A stretch of 60,127 nucleotides of DNA, filler included, from Basidiobolus ranarum (lineage: Eukaryota), in NCBI GenBank assembly GCA_040143965.1. It is 6 parts of 6 records of this genome, joined end to end, with 100 filler letters (N's around TTAATTAATTAA, not from the genome) between each part and the next. Parts side by side here need not be neighbours in the genome. Positions count along the whole stretch, not along the records: positions 10,061 to 20,016 come from JASJQH010007637.1; positions 20,117 to 30,066 come from JASJQH010007638.1; 4 more parts are not named here. One strand, 5' to 3'. Of the stretch, positions 13,322-25,670 are shown in pieces. The notes beneath the pieces are model-generated. The model saw only the letters and a program-made list of their open reading frames with translations. It ran no database searches and had not been told where the DNA came from. The position numbers were made by a program, and so were the translations under genes. Each line of letters starts with the position of its first letter. The stretch's first letter is position 1.

Positions 13322-13595
13322 ATGGTTAGAAAAAGTGGGTTCTCAAATGCCCTTTGCTCAACCTAGAGTCACAAAATAAGCGTATGTCTTGCTCTAAGCG
13401 CTTCAACATAACAAAAAGAGCTGCTGAAAAGCATCGTAAAGATCGCAAAGACGCCAAAAGAAATCCTAGAACTAAAGGTCAGAATCTATCCAAGTAATTG
13501 CATACATATCAACTTTGAATGGCCAGTTATTTGTTGTAAAGGTTATGAATATCAAAGAACAGCTTTTAAACCAGATAGAGGAAGAGAAGATTAAG
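13322..13595 (+). pseudogene. NUG1: 5' fragment of nucleolar GTPase Nug1/Grn1/GNL3 (N-terminal basic domain only)
   Basis: Spliced reading MVRK|KSQNKRMSCSKRFNITKRAAEKHRKDRKDAKRNPRTK, then IKEQLLNQIEEEKIK, matches the GNL3L/Grn1 N-terminus. The first intron is only ~32 nt and no GTPase domain follows. Confidence 0.65.
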
Positions 13596-16500
13596 GTATT
13601 TTTCGCAATGACTTTTTCTGCACTTAGGTTACAAAGGAAAGCTACAGTTGCGTTAGCTACAATATTGGATATCGAAGATTAAAGCCTATCGCTTAAATTT
13701 CCTTCATTTTTTGATACTTCGATACGCGCAGTTTGGTTAGATGTACGCTATATTATTGAAGACCAGTTGTTTCGTAAAAATTTCATCTTATTCAGATTTC
13801 CTTTATATAATCATTTAATAGCCACTCAAAAGTTTATAAAACGGTGTTTAGGAAGTCAGCTTTGCAACCCGCACGATCAAATAAAGTATACCACTAAGGG
13901 GATGTCTCTGTACTTCAATACGATATGGGGATGTGGGGGAGGGAGAGAGATAAAGATATCAACTAGAACAGGAGAGTACGAGTCCCCTGGATCTTGATTT
14001 CTATGCGAATACAAGTCATGAGAAGTGTGATTTATGATTCTTTAGTCCCTTGAAGTTTGAGACTAGAGGTGTTGGAAATAGCACCGCAGGCACAAAGAGC
14101 CGATAATATTTTGCATTGTAACACTCAAAGTTCTTTAAAACAGGGAGAGCGTTTTGTTCGTTATGAAATGGAGGATTGGACTCAGACCATAGCCAACCTG
14201 ATTTAAAGAAGCTAATTTTGCCAACTCCCGGATCGAAACCCAGAGTTTATGTAATGAATATTTCCATGTATCAAGACCTTCTTGTGATATGATAAAGGTA
14301 CCAACAAAGGAATATCATGTATTAGGATACAAGCTTGATGATAAATGCCACCTCACCCCGTGCCTATCCTTTCACCGTTTGTCAAACCACCCACATCCAC
14401 TGGTACAAGCTGCTTGGGAAGTGTATGCTCGCTTTATTACGAAATGGTGTAGGGTTAAAGCACTGGTTTTGGAATGTACTAGCAATTGAGAATGCTCATA
14501 AGTGACTACACCCGAGATTGGTGAATTGAGACTCGGGAATTTGAGAAGTACGAGACTCATCAAACAGTGTGATTTTATTTGAAAACGTTCGAGTTCTGGC
14601 TCCAAAGGTTGATGAAACGTTCGAATTCATGTTCATTATTAGAAAATGGTTAATTTCTGGTACATAGATTGTTGAAAGCATGTACGCATGCTTGTATTAA
14701 TTAGTTTCGTGCTAAACCACTGATGCCTTAACAAGCCAAAGCAATAAATGATCTCTAAAAGAAAGATGAAAGAATGTGGACTGTGGTCACTGTGTCTTCG
14801 AATTGAGATAAAATAGTTCTAATGACTTGATATGTGAAGCCAATATTAATTCTTACCATCTGCCTCCTGCATCGGAGATGTGATGTTTGAAAGGGACAAA
14901 GGAGATCAAATTTCTGAGTTTTGGGTTAATGCTCCTATAGACAGGGCCAGAATATTTATATAAACTTTCGAACGCCTCTCTTCTGCAATCTCAGTTCTAG
15001 GTGATAAGATACTTCCCCGATATACTTTCTTCGCCCACGTCTACGATGAAAACTGAGTCTTCTCCGCTTTTCCAATTTGGCATGGGAGTTGCCTATATCG
15101 CGGGATATGTAAGTGGCCCATTATGATACTTGTTTTCCAGTTGATGGGAGTTGACATACTAAATAGCTGTAAAAATAAAGCCTAAACCTCAGCCATTAAG
15201 CACGTTCAAGACTGATTTTGCAAACTGGGTATCTAACTTGATGGATAAAGCTTGCCTTGTGTTAGCACCTGACCAAGCCCCAATACGTCCATCCAGAAAA
15301 CTACGAAATTATCTCTCAGGTCGGGGACATAATCGTGCAAAGGAAACTATTGCCATTTCATATGTTCCCAAGAAAAAAAGACGCAGTCTCAATGAAGTAC
15401 AAGCACAGTTAATTTATAATATTGAGTTTAAATGTAAGTAGAAATATGTATATATGATTCTTTTTCGAAACACTAAATACTTCACGCTAGGGCAAACAAA
15501 GGGTTATGAATCACAAATAGCTTTACCACCATCGCTTCAGCCTATTCCGAGTTCAAAAATATTCATGTGTTAACATAGCACATATGTGACAAAATGCTCC
15601 TTCTTGGAGATACTAAAGGGCTTTCTTCAAGTTTCCGTACGAGTAACTTCCGCTAGAAATATTATTGTGCTATCAGACATACCTTCCCTTTGTTCTTGTG
15701 ACTGAGTCAAAAGAGCGGCTGTCATATTTTAGAGCTTATCTTATATATATATGGCTATTTTTATGTGTTGCAATTTAGATCCATACTTTTATATATTCTT
15801 TGTAACAGACCTTGTTCATTCCCTCAAGTTGACCTTGTACCTAAAAAAACGTTTTTCTTACTGCAACTCGTATAGAAATAACGCTGTTCTCTGTTGTTTT
15901 ATTTTACTATAAGCAATAAAAAATCCTTTGTTAATTGATCCGAAAATACATAATCCTCATCAAATGTTTTCCGATAGCATTAAGCAGATTTATGCTGAAA
16001 TACCACGTAATGTGAGTTTACCAGCTATTTGAATAACAAGTGTCTAGCTATTTTCCTCAACCACCCATCTTCTTGGTTACATAGGACTTATACGAATGTA
16101 GTGAGTATAGCTACTATCAGCAGAGCTGTGATATCTAGAACATTAGGGATTGCTTGTGGAGTTGGGCTGTAGGATAGGGAGTAATTCACTGCGATCGGGA
16201 GGTCACCTACTTACTACACCTACTTATTCCAGTTACATTTATCTGGGTTGGATATGGAGGCTGGTGATTGGCTAATCCAGTGATTTACATAAATGACCCA
16301 AGAAGGTTGCAGATTTGATTATTTGGTGTGAATGATGAAACCGGTCTGTTTTATTCCTTGTAGCAGGCGTGATACCAAGACATATCCCGCAGTCTATAAT
16401 ACTTCATGTGACTGGTGAATCAGTGAGTATCCATTATGACTTATTTGGGGGCTTATAGGCGATTATCGGGGATATTGGGAGTGACTCGTCATCCATGAGA

Positions 16501-16811
16501 TTATTATTTGAATTATTGCGAATTATGCTAATTTTGAGATACGAAAAGATCATTTTCTTGGCACAATACGCATTCCAATTTCCACTGTCTAGCCCCTTCC
16601 TCCCATGTAGTCATCTAAAACTGTAGAAAGATCAAACTCAAACTAGGAAAAATTTCATCAAACGGAATCGTGACCGTTGGTTGTGACTGTTCTATTAAAC
16701 CAAGAATTCGCGGTTGATAATTCATTTCACTACTTTCTCATCTTTCGTTACAATAGTTTTATCTCGTCCTAACCCAGTATTCTTTAAACTCATCTCTTTT
16801 CAACTACAAAC

Positions 16812-17643
16812 ATGCCAGTACCCACTTATTTCATATATGGTTGTGGTATTGTTATCGGTGCTGTAGTATATGGCGTAATCGCCTTAGCTTCTCAACATCC
16901 TTTTTTCATTCCGGAACACAATGTATATGAAGAGCTTGAGAGAATACAGATGGAGACACAAGAGCGTGATGTACCTGGCAGCGAGAAAGAACCAAGCTTG
17001 GTGAGGCTCATTCACTTATTTTCCTATTATTTTGATGAGAAATCTCTAACAAGCAATTCAATAGACCGAGGAAGAGTATCAAAGACTTCTTTCTAAGAAG
17101 GAGGATATTCAGACGGAATTTTCCTATCTGAAAGCCATGGAGCAAGAGAATTCCAAGAAAAAATTGTTACTTCAAGAAGAACAAGAATTACTAGCTGACT
17201 TGGAAATTCAACTTCAAAGAAGAAAAGAACAGGTGGTAATGAGTCTGGAAAACACTCATTTTCCTTATTTCTCCTCCGTCTCTAATGACGAATCGGAAGA
17301 TGACTTTTATTTATCTGAACGTAATGAGCCAGAAGTCTCCCCTAATAGCTCCAGATATTCTGATCAACCTAGCACTGTTAAGCACCCATCCTCACCTGAA
17401 GTTTCCCTAAAAAGTGAAAGTAGCTCGGCAGTCAGTACGAGTAGCAATGCCCCGTTAGGAAACAGCATCCCTCATTTAGTTCGTAGAGGATCAACAGCTT
17501 CAGAAAACACCACTCTATCTGAAGCATCCTTTTCTAGTTGGAACGAAGCAATGCTATCATCTTCGCAGATAAGTGATGATATTGCCGATTCACTGACTCT
17601 GTTATCGTTTGACGAAACGGACATCGAGGGTCGACCAAGTTAA
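16812..17643 (+). CDS. Hypothetical protein with N-terminal TM helix, coiled coil and Ser-rich tail; exons 16812-17000 and 17065-17643
   Basis: A GTGAGG...CTAAC...ATAG intron (17001-17064) joins the two ORFs in frame. Confidence 0.8.
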
Positions 17644-18305
17644 ATCCAAGTCGGTGTAAATTCTTGAAAGAGTAAAGCGCATTCTAGATGTATTTTATGG
17701 AAACATACAATACTGTTACTAATTATTTTTTTTCGCAACTACTTCGGCAATTCACTTATCTATTGATACACACCAATATATATTTGTTGAACCATGATTT
17801 TGTCCCATTTCCGATCCACTCCCCCCCCAAATTGGCACTTACTACTTTGAATTCAGCCTATGGTTTTGACCCGTGATGCTTAATGAATTGATTAGTGAAA
17901 GATGCTGGCTCAATTGCTTGGGTATACTCCAGTGCTGACCTTGAAGTCGTGTCTTTTCAATAAATCAATTCAACCCAGTCCAGTTCGTTTGAAGATAAAA
18001 GGCAATTTATTAGTGAATATTCGACACCAACAAATTTCCCAAATAGATTAGGACTAAATTGAGGAACCCTCCCCCCTAAATGAAGAAAAGAACAGGTTGG
18101 ACAGAATACCAGAATTATAAAAGATCCAGTTTAGTAACTAACGGACTTTTTAGGGAGTGATTTGTATAGCCTGTTCTGATGTGTGATTTGGGAAGCACGT
18201 TGGGGGAGGGTGAGTTTTGGTGGGGATATAAAGAGACGACTAAGCTGAAGGAGGGAAATATTCTATTCTATAGATGAAACAACATAGATTCATCTAGGTA
18301 ATATC

Positions 18306-20016
18306 TTAGTGTCGGATATTTGGCACGCACAAAATCGTGAATATAATGGCAACGATGTTGACCACCACGAAGATACAAAATGTATAGGAGTCCAATTTGG
18401 CATTCAGTACTGGAGTGATCAACCCAACTGAGAAGGTGCATCTACGATTGGTAAAAGAAACGAAATTTAGAATTCAAGTCATCATCAAACTACGGGGAAT
18501 GTTACAAGTAGATCCGTGTAATAACAAATAATGATCTAATCATGTCGTAATCAAACAGATACTTACATCCAACCGACATTGTTGGCCATCGAGACCACCG
18601 CACTTACTGCAGATATTGGCATCATCTCTGGGATCATTACAACCGTAATCGGGCCTAAGCCGATCGCAAAAGAGGCTACAAATATAATTGCTGAACATGC
18701 ACAAGTATGAATCCGAGTTTGTGGAGGTAAAATAGAAAAATGAGATTTAGTAATTCGTCAATGATAACACCAAAATGATGAAGTTTCTGGTGTATAGGAT
18801 ACACTCAAAAACTCCGTCTAATGGTTGGATGAGATATTTGTGTAAAGTAATACTAACCTCCAGCAACAACTGCAGAATCAATAGAGTATAAGGAAGAAAA
18901 TACTAGGATAATTGACGAAAGGACCATCCCGACTTCACTTATTAAAAGTAGAGTTTTTCTACCAGCACGCTCAATAACCACCGCGGATATGAAAGTCATG
19001 ATCATGTTCATAGCAGCAATACCAACTGTCACGAATTCCGCTTTTCTTGGCCCAAAGACTCGCTCAAAAATCGCTGTGGAATAATATACGATACCAATGA
19101 TACCTGAAAGTGGTTGAAAAGCAAACAATGAGATTCCAACCAGAGCGGCACTTCTCAATTTGTGGTCGCGTAGAATTTGAAAAATATTTAGAGGTTTCAT
19201 GGTCTCAATCACAGTTACTCCTGCTTCTAGGCTAGGTCCAATTTTACTCATGCGGATCGATGTCATAGGGCCTACAGAGCTTCTGGGACTTACTGGACTC
19301 TTGAAGCTTACAGGACTTCTTGGGCTGGCGGGACATTTGAAACTAACTGGACTTCTAGGACTGACTGGGGATTTCAGGCTTATTGGGCTAGTAGGGCACT
19401 TCAGGCTTACTGGACTAGTAGGACTTTTGAGACTCATTGGGGCCTTGGGGATCACTGGACTAGCGCATGAGTTTCGAGAACATAAGGAAACGCGTGAGGC
19501 TGTTGGAACCTTTTGTGAATCGATCATCTCCTGGAATTCAAACTCAATATGATATCCTCGGCGTAATCTCTCCAATGAAGCTCGTGCTTTAGTCATATCT
19601 CCTTTAAGGATAAGAAACCGGGGAGTTTCTATGCAAAATGGCAGCAGGCAAAGCTGTAGTAAGGCTGGTCCAATTGTACCACCCATTAACCATCTCCATC
19701 CTGGAATGCCAATAAATGGAATACAAAGACCCTGAGAAACAAAAATCCCTAACATTTGAGATAGTTCCAAACCAATTCCCAATGATCCTCTGATTTTTTC
19801 AGTAGAAATCTCTGCCAAATACGCTGGTATAGCCACACCAACTACTCCACTACCAATCCCTACTAGCACTCTGCCTAGAGTAAAGATCGATATTGAAGTA
19901 CTCATTGCCAACATTAAGCCACCAATTAAGAAAAGAAAATTATTCCAGAACAGTGTTTTCTTACGACCGAATCGGGCTGTGAGACTACCAGCTAGCGTAC
20001 TTCCAATTAAACCTCC
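18306..20016 (-). CDS. MFS sugar porter (GLUT-like hexose transporter), 5' end truncated by the contig edge, at least 2 introns
   Basis: Motifs RFGRKK, GRVLVGIG, AYLAEIS..IRG, IETPRFL, FQPLSGI, ERAGRKTLLL and FAIGLGPI..PE. The last exon ends ...ILCVPNIRH*. Confidence 0.92.
19264..19450 (-). repeat. Coding tandem repeat (9/27/36-nt units) encoding (L/F)K(S/C)P(T/V/A)SP(V/I/R)S in the transporter's central loop
   Basis: Translates as SLKSPTSPVSLKCPTSPISLKSPVSPRSPVSFKCPASPRSPVSFKSPVSPRS; recurrent ACTGGACT/GGACTTCT units on the + strand. Confidence 0.9.
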
Positions 20017-20116
20017 NNNNNNNNNNNNNNNNNNNNNNNNNNNNNNNNNNNNNNNNNNNNTTAATTAATTAANNNNNNNNNNNNNNNNNNNNNNNNNNNN
20101 NNNNNNNNNNNNNNNN
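20017..20116. other. Artificial contig linker
   Basis: N44-TTAATTAATTAA-N44. Confidence 0.97.
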
Positions 20117-20490
20117 TTAAATATCTTTTTCCACCTAAAGATAAATTTTGCATTGGTCCACACAAATCTGAATGAATTAGATCCAATTTTTTGACATATT
20201 TGATTGAAACAGAGCTCTTGAACAGTTGCCTGGCTTGTTTTTCATATATACAACCCTCACAAATTTCCATTTTGTTTGGGGGGGTTAATTTGAATTCCAG
20301 AAATTAGGTAATTTTTGATCATTTTGCTCATATAATCAAGTCCAATATGGCCAAATCTCTTATGCCATAATTGAATAGTTTCTTGATTTGAATAACTTAT
20401 ATTTACACATAAACCTCTGGGATTATATGGAAGTCTGTATAAGTTTTGATCCATTTCTCCCAAAGCTAAATAATTCCCATTTTGATCAGT
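20117..20490 (-). mobile_element. Ty1/Copia LTR retrotransposon fragment (GAG-pre-integrase and start of integrase), frameshifted
   Basis: LWHKRFGHIG, ICEGCIYEKQ and LDLIHSDLCGPM..SLGGKRY occur in two different frames. Confidence 0.9.
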
Positions 20491-20810
20491 GAAGCCTCTG
20501 GAAGTGGTTTGCTGAGCCAGAGAAATTAGTGGTTTTCACTTATTGATTTGTTGAGTATTCAGTTGACATTTACAGTTTGTCAAAACATAAGCAAACTAAC
20601 TTGTAGAATGTGTTGAGGAAGATCTTAGGAACATGTGTGCAAGGTTTGGGGCTTCTAACACAAGTATTCAAAATCTATATATCTTCAAACTTCTAAGTAA
20701 ATTTCGACTGAGAATGATGGGTGATATTTTAGTTCTATATAGGAAAACTAAATACTAAGCTATATATGACTATATAGGTGTTTAGGCAATGCTAATTCCA
20801 ACACTATCGA
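20490..20810 (-). mobile_element. MITE-like repeat, copy 2 (reverse orientation), abutting the Copia fragment
   Basis: The reverse complement reads AGTGTTGGAATTAGCATTGCCTAAACACCTATATAG...CTTCCTCAACACATTCTACA...TTGACAAACTGTAAATGTCAAC...AACCACTTCCA and aligns to copies 1, 3 and 4. Confidence 0.75.
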
Positions 20811-22626
20811 AGTGAAAAGAGGTACAAAAAACTACAACAGAGTGCGTTGTTTGGACGCTAAGAAAGTTGAGGAAAAAATTGGGGAGCTTTGCACTAGTAT
20901 GAGAATTTGGTCTGTATTTCTTAAAGGATCACCTTGGCATACTAGACATGAATATTAGACATTTAAAGTTTCAGATGTACATGTTATGCTAATGGCTTAG
21001 TTGTGATGATATCCCGACGGCACGATTACTCAAAGATAGAGTTGGCTAATGTTTCCAACAGTGCAAAGGTTGTCACTTGACTTAGATAAAACTAAAGCTT
21101 CCTCATACTAAGCTTTGACGAGACAGAGGGGTTTCAGATATCCATATTTCTGGATAATATATCTTAAATATATTGATTGGATATTGACATCATTGAGTTG
21201 AAATTCTTTAATTACTTCTTCCCAAGTTATACCACTATCTATAGCTCCTGGTTTGATGGAGCAAGTCATGGATATCTTAAAGAAGTCAGAAACATAGAAC
21301 GTTGAACGAACTTTGGAGAAAGATGATTGCAAGTATAACGGTCCTTTGTCCCAGTTAGATTACTGAGGCAGTGTAGAAAACCCATGAGTGAACTAAAGAA
21401 GGAATAATACTATTCTTGATTCATACAAAGTCAAACGTCATACTAGATTGGATAATATTGGCAACTATACCAATTGATAATTCCGGATCATGTCATGCGG
21501 CTCCTAACAAGATCGGGGACATATTCACACTCTCGAGTTCGAAATCACCAATTAATCACCTCAGACTGGCTGAAGTCCTGTAGCCTGTTTAAACTGAAAT
21601 TGTTGATCCTTAGGCACATCTTAAAAGACCTATATATCCGCATCATTTTTTCAAACAGCAGATCACCCACTTAACGCCACTTGGTATTTTGAAACATCAG
21701 ATATCTGCAATTGTCAGTGTCACTTGACTAGCGTACTATTTCTGTGTGGCAGGCAGAAAACGTCTGATCATTTCTTCGTGTTTCCATTGAAACGACAGAA
21801 TCCTAATCACATAGGTATTGAACTGGAGGTCGAAAATTACTGCACGTAAATTACAAACCGAAATACTCGGACAATTTTCGAAATTTTGGATGTAGTACAA
21901 TCTCAACCTTATCCGTATTAGCGTAAAACCGTGTGCTTGAATTTAAGGTTGAAAACTCGACAATGGAATATTCTAGAGTTGTCACATTTCTATATGACAA
22001 GATTGATTAATGGGGACAGATACCTCATTAATTTGTCGAGCAAATAGTAAAGAAGTATTCCTTCCATTCGCTGAACTTGAGATTTTAAAATACACTTTGA
22101 TATAACACAAGTGTGTACAGATGATGTTTGTAGTTTTGGATATCGCTCTGTCAGGTTGATGTCTGCTCCAGCGTATTATTGTACTACTACATTTCATCCT
22201 TACCATATGAGATAGTCTATGCGGCTTTAAACGAATATCTTGGTAGAGATAGAAATAAACGTAGATATACAGTGTTGCCCTGAATTGATGGTTTATGACT
22301 AGTTATGACATTAGAGTTTTGGAGTAGAGAGGTCCTACTTGGTGTTGTATATGTCTAAATTCGAAAAGTATTTTTGTGTATCAGTATATACACGTATATG
22401 TGATCATTTATAACGACGCTTAGGAAACGACTATTTCTTCAATCTATTACATCCTTCTATTGTTTTAGGAAAGCTTGTTTCTCGTTGAGTACATGATGAT
22501 CGGATTAAGCCACCTGAGAAAAAGCCTGGCACTAGAAGATCCGACCCCTCTGACAGTATAAATACTGAGGTTTGTGCGTTGTAAAAAAATCAGAATACAT
22601 CTTCCTCTTTAAACTCAAAGATCACA

Positions 22627-23005
22627 ATGTCTAGCGATCAAAAAGCAGAAGTTACACAATATGTGGATGGAAAGTCATGGTGGAAGAAGCTTTTCACTTT
22701 GAAGAATCTTGATGGCCTCCGTACTAGAGCTGGTTAACATTGGTGTGATTATTCTTCGAATTAAGAGACCTGAGATTCCTCGTAAGTTCAAAGTTCCCCT
22801 TGGACCCTATATATTCCCAGGTCTTGGAGCTCTTATGTCTGCTGGCCTAATCATTACTGCCACACCTGCTACTCTCCTGCGTTTGTTTATTTGGATGGCT
22901 CTGGGTGTTGTTCTTTACTTCTGTTACGGTCGTACACACTCTGTGATCAACAATCCTCATCGTCAAGTGAAAACTAGTGAAATAGAGGATGATTTCAAGC
23001 TTTAA
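22627..23005 (+). pseudogene. APC/cationic amino-acid permease with a large internal deletion (N-terminus fused out of frame to the C-terminal TM pair)
   Basis: TATAAATA at ~22557. The ATG at 22627 gives MSSDQKAEV...WWKKLFTLKNLDGLRTRAG*. A second frame gives LVNIGVIILRIKRPEIPRKFKVPLGPYIFP...FIWMALGVVLYFCYGRTHS (AA_permease_C-like). Confidence 0.8.
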
Positions 23006-25284
23006 GAATTCGATACACTCCAAGTGTTCCTCAGCTATGATATTGGTATCTAGTCGACAGAGATATGTAAAAGATCATCCTTACTCTATCGCAAGAGCTG
23101 TCATTTTTGTAATCACCTTGATAGCCTTTGGCAAAATTAATAAACTGAAATTATTACCATTGAAAAGAGCTATAGTGGCATTATGAAATGAATACTGAAC
23201 ACAGAACTGACTTCCCATGACTCATCAAGAAGGCAATAATGTTATTGACCATTCCTGAACTCTGGAAGATAATCCATATTGACACAATATCCAGTGGCTT
23301 GTACGAAACGAATCTTGTACCATGGAAAAATACTTAGAGCCAAGAGGTAAATCGTTAACAATTTAGTACATAGGATACACCAGATGTGTTTGAGGATGTC
23401 ATCTCAACTCTGATTTATTTCCAGAATATTACTGGTATATAAGGTTAAGGTTGTGTGTCCAATATCCGTGTGCTGATATTCAAGCTTGGAAGCAAATCAG
23501 TGGAAATGGTTGGATCATGACTGGAATTCGATCCTTGGTATTGCCGGCTCTGGTCACTTGATGATCTGTTCCGTTCCCTCAAACATGGAAGTCTTTATCA
23601 TCATCAACACCATGAGGCACGTGAAGCATCCACAATGTGGTATCTCCTTAATTGGGCGGTTGGCCAATTTTTGTACATGTGCAGGTTTGATAATATCATT
23701 ACATATTAGTACTCACATCGACCCAATCTTGCGAATTACTCATCACTTGTATAATGGAAAGTTCCATGCTTCCAGTGTCTTAGCCTCTAGTAATAACTCA
23801 CATGACTAAGATATGCTTTCAGTCCTGTATCGGAGCGGATTACCCTAATGCTGTAGTTGTTTCTGAAGGAGATACTAAATAGGAGATTTCTTGTTGAATA
23901 CCAATAGTCGACATAACATCTACTGATGGTGAAAGCCATCGATTCGGGGGTTCGTGTGAAGAAAGCAGTGTGAAAGTTGCTTGGGATACATCGGATTGTT
24001 CTATATCTTTAGAGTATTTACCCACAAAAGGTAAAGTTTGGGCACCAATACCCTTCATTCCGAGTGGTAATATTCCATTAATTACGTATGTTACATCGAA
24101 CATTGTAGGCAAATCTTAGTTGTACGGAGATTTTGGATTCCTGAAAAAACCTTCCAAGAGTGATTTCGTTTGGGTTGGATGAACCATCGATAAATGAATT
24201 TCTATAACGTACTCCGGTTTGGGGTTATTCTGTATCTTTCATTTCTAGCTACGCAGATTGGATTGACATTATGTATATATTGTTTCTAATGTCACTAAAT
24301 CCTGAATGTTCTTTTCGTCCACGATCAAGTATCAAGTGAATTGTCATTTGAAGAGAGTAAGTCTCGCAGAAAGTATTAGATTTATCTGCATAAAGTAAAA
24401 AAAATTAGCTGTGTTCGGTGAAGCACGTTTGTAAATGACATTATAGCATGTCCGGCTCATTATCTCAAAGGAGAATCAATATCTATATGGTATACTAAAT
24501 CTCTTGATCACGCTCCCTGGTTGTATTTCCTGCTAGTAGGCTGGATTTAAAGTGCGCTGATTTATGAGCAGCTAGCTGGCTATGTAGAGGGCAATCCTTT
24601 ACTGCTCGTGGAGAAATCAGATTGCTATAATTTGGTTGGATCCCTTGATTTTCAAGTTTCCACCGGAATACTTGTATCACCTATTGTCTTTAATTTCCCA
24701 TACATTATTTCGCGGTAATGAGAACTCTGATTAATTGTTGGTTGCTTCTATTTTTCTTTGAACTCATTCGTATTGAATACTGGTGATTAATCTTAATTCC
24801 TTGGAGAGGAAGCCTGTCAGCAACTTCTCGGCAACCATTTCTCACGGATTATTAAAGTGATCACTTTTTTGTATTGATTGCAATAGCCCACTCGTGGTAA
24901 TAAATATGGTCTGAATGCCTTGGGCCTCTTTAAAACTTCAAATTTAATCAGTTGATGTTCATTATATACTATATCGAAGATAGTTATTTTAGTGAGCTTG
25001 TAAATATACTAGTGTCACTGATACAGTATTGTAATATTGATAACTCCGAGTTTGTTATCTAACAGATGACGGGTATTCTCCTAGTCAAACCTTTATCCAA
25101 AACCAACTCTTGCAACTTAAAATATCACTTGGCTTTAAATATTTTCATTTTGGTGAGGAGTACCTAAATTTATTGAAACTTTGAATACTGCCTTGAAGTA
25201 TTAATCAATGAAATATATCATATCAAAGTTATATTTGCGGCCCATTACCCAAATATTATCATGTTCAAAATTGTGGCATGCTTA

Positions 25285-25670
25285 CTGTATACATTGAAGT
25301 ATTTTGGGAGTGTGTTGGAAGTGGTTTGGAGAACCAGAAGAGTTGGGAGGAAGAGTGTTGAAATTAGCATAGCCTAGACACCTATATAGCTACATATAGC
25401 TTAGTATCTAGTTATTCCATGTTACACAAAGATATCCCCCATTACTGTCAATTGGAATTTACTTGAAATATTCTTCTCAAGTTATAAGTTCTCATATTAT
25501 AGATTTTTCAAACTTGTGCTAGAAGCCTCAAACTTTGCATACAAGCTCCTAGGACCTTCCTTAGCATATTCTACATGCTTGTTTACTTACATCTTGACAA
25601 AGCTATTAATGTCAACTTTCTACTCAATAGAGATTTCGAATTCTCCAACACTTCTTCCAATAATATCTAG
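25285..25670 (+). mobile_element. MITE-like repeat, copy 3, with the long left TIR intact and preceded by TA
   Basis: The left end CTGTATACATTGAAGTATTTTGGGAGTGTGTTGGAAGTGGTTTGGAGAACCAGAAG is the reverse complement of the copy-1 right end, and the core matches the other copies. Confidence 0.75.

Noticed and set aside
15046-15441. Possible small two-exon gene (MKTESSPLFQFG..., donor at 15109)
   Set aside because: The best acceptor (15166) leads straight to a stop and is out of frame with the downstream ORF; no recognisable homology.
19199-19552. Leu/Gly/Thr repeat ORF on the + strand resembling a leucine-rich or collagen-like protein
   Set aside because: Antisense of the Ser-Pro repeat in the sugar transporter.
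23300-24245. Coding-like, stop-interrupted minus-strand region
   Set aside because: No family motif could be recognised, so a pseudogene call cannot be supported without a search.
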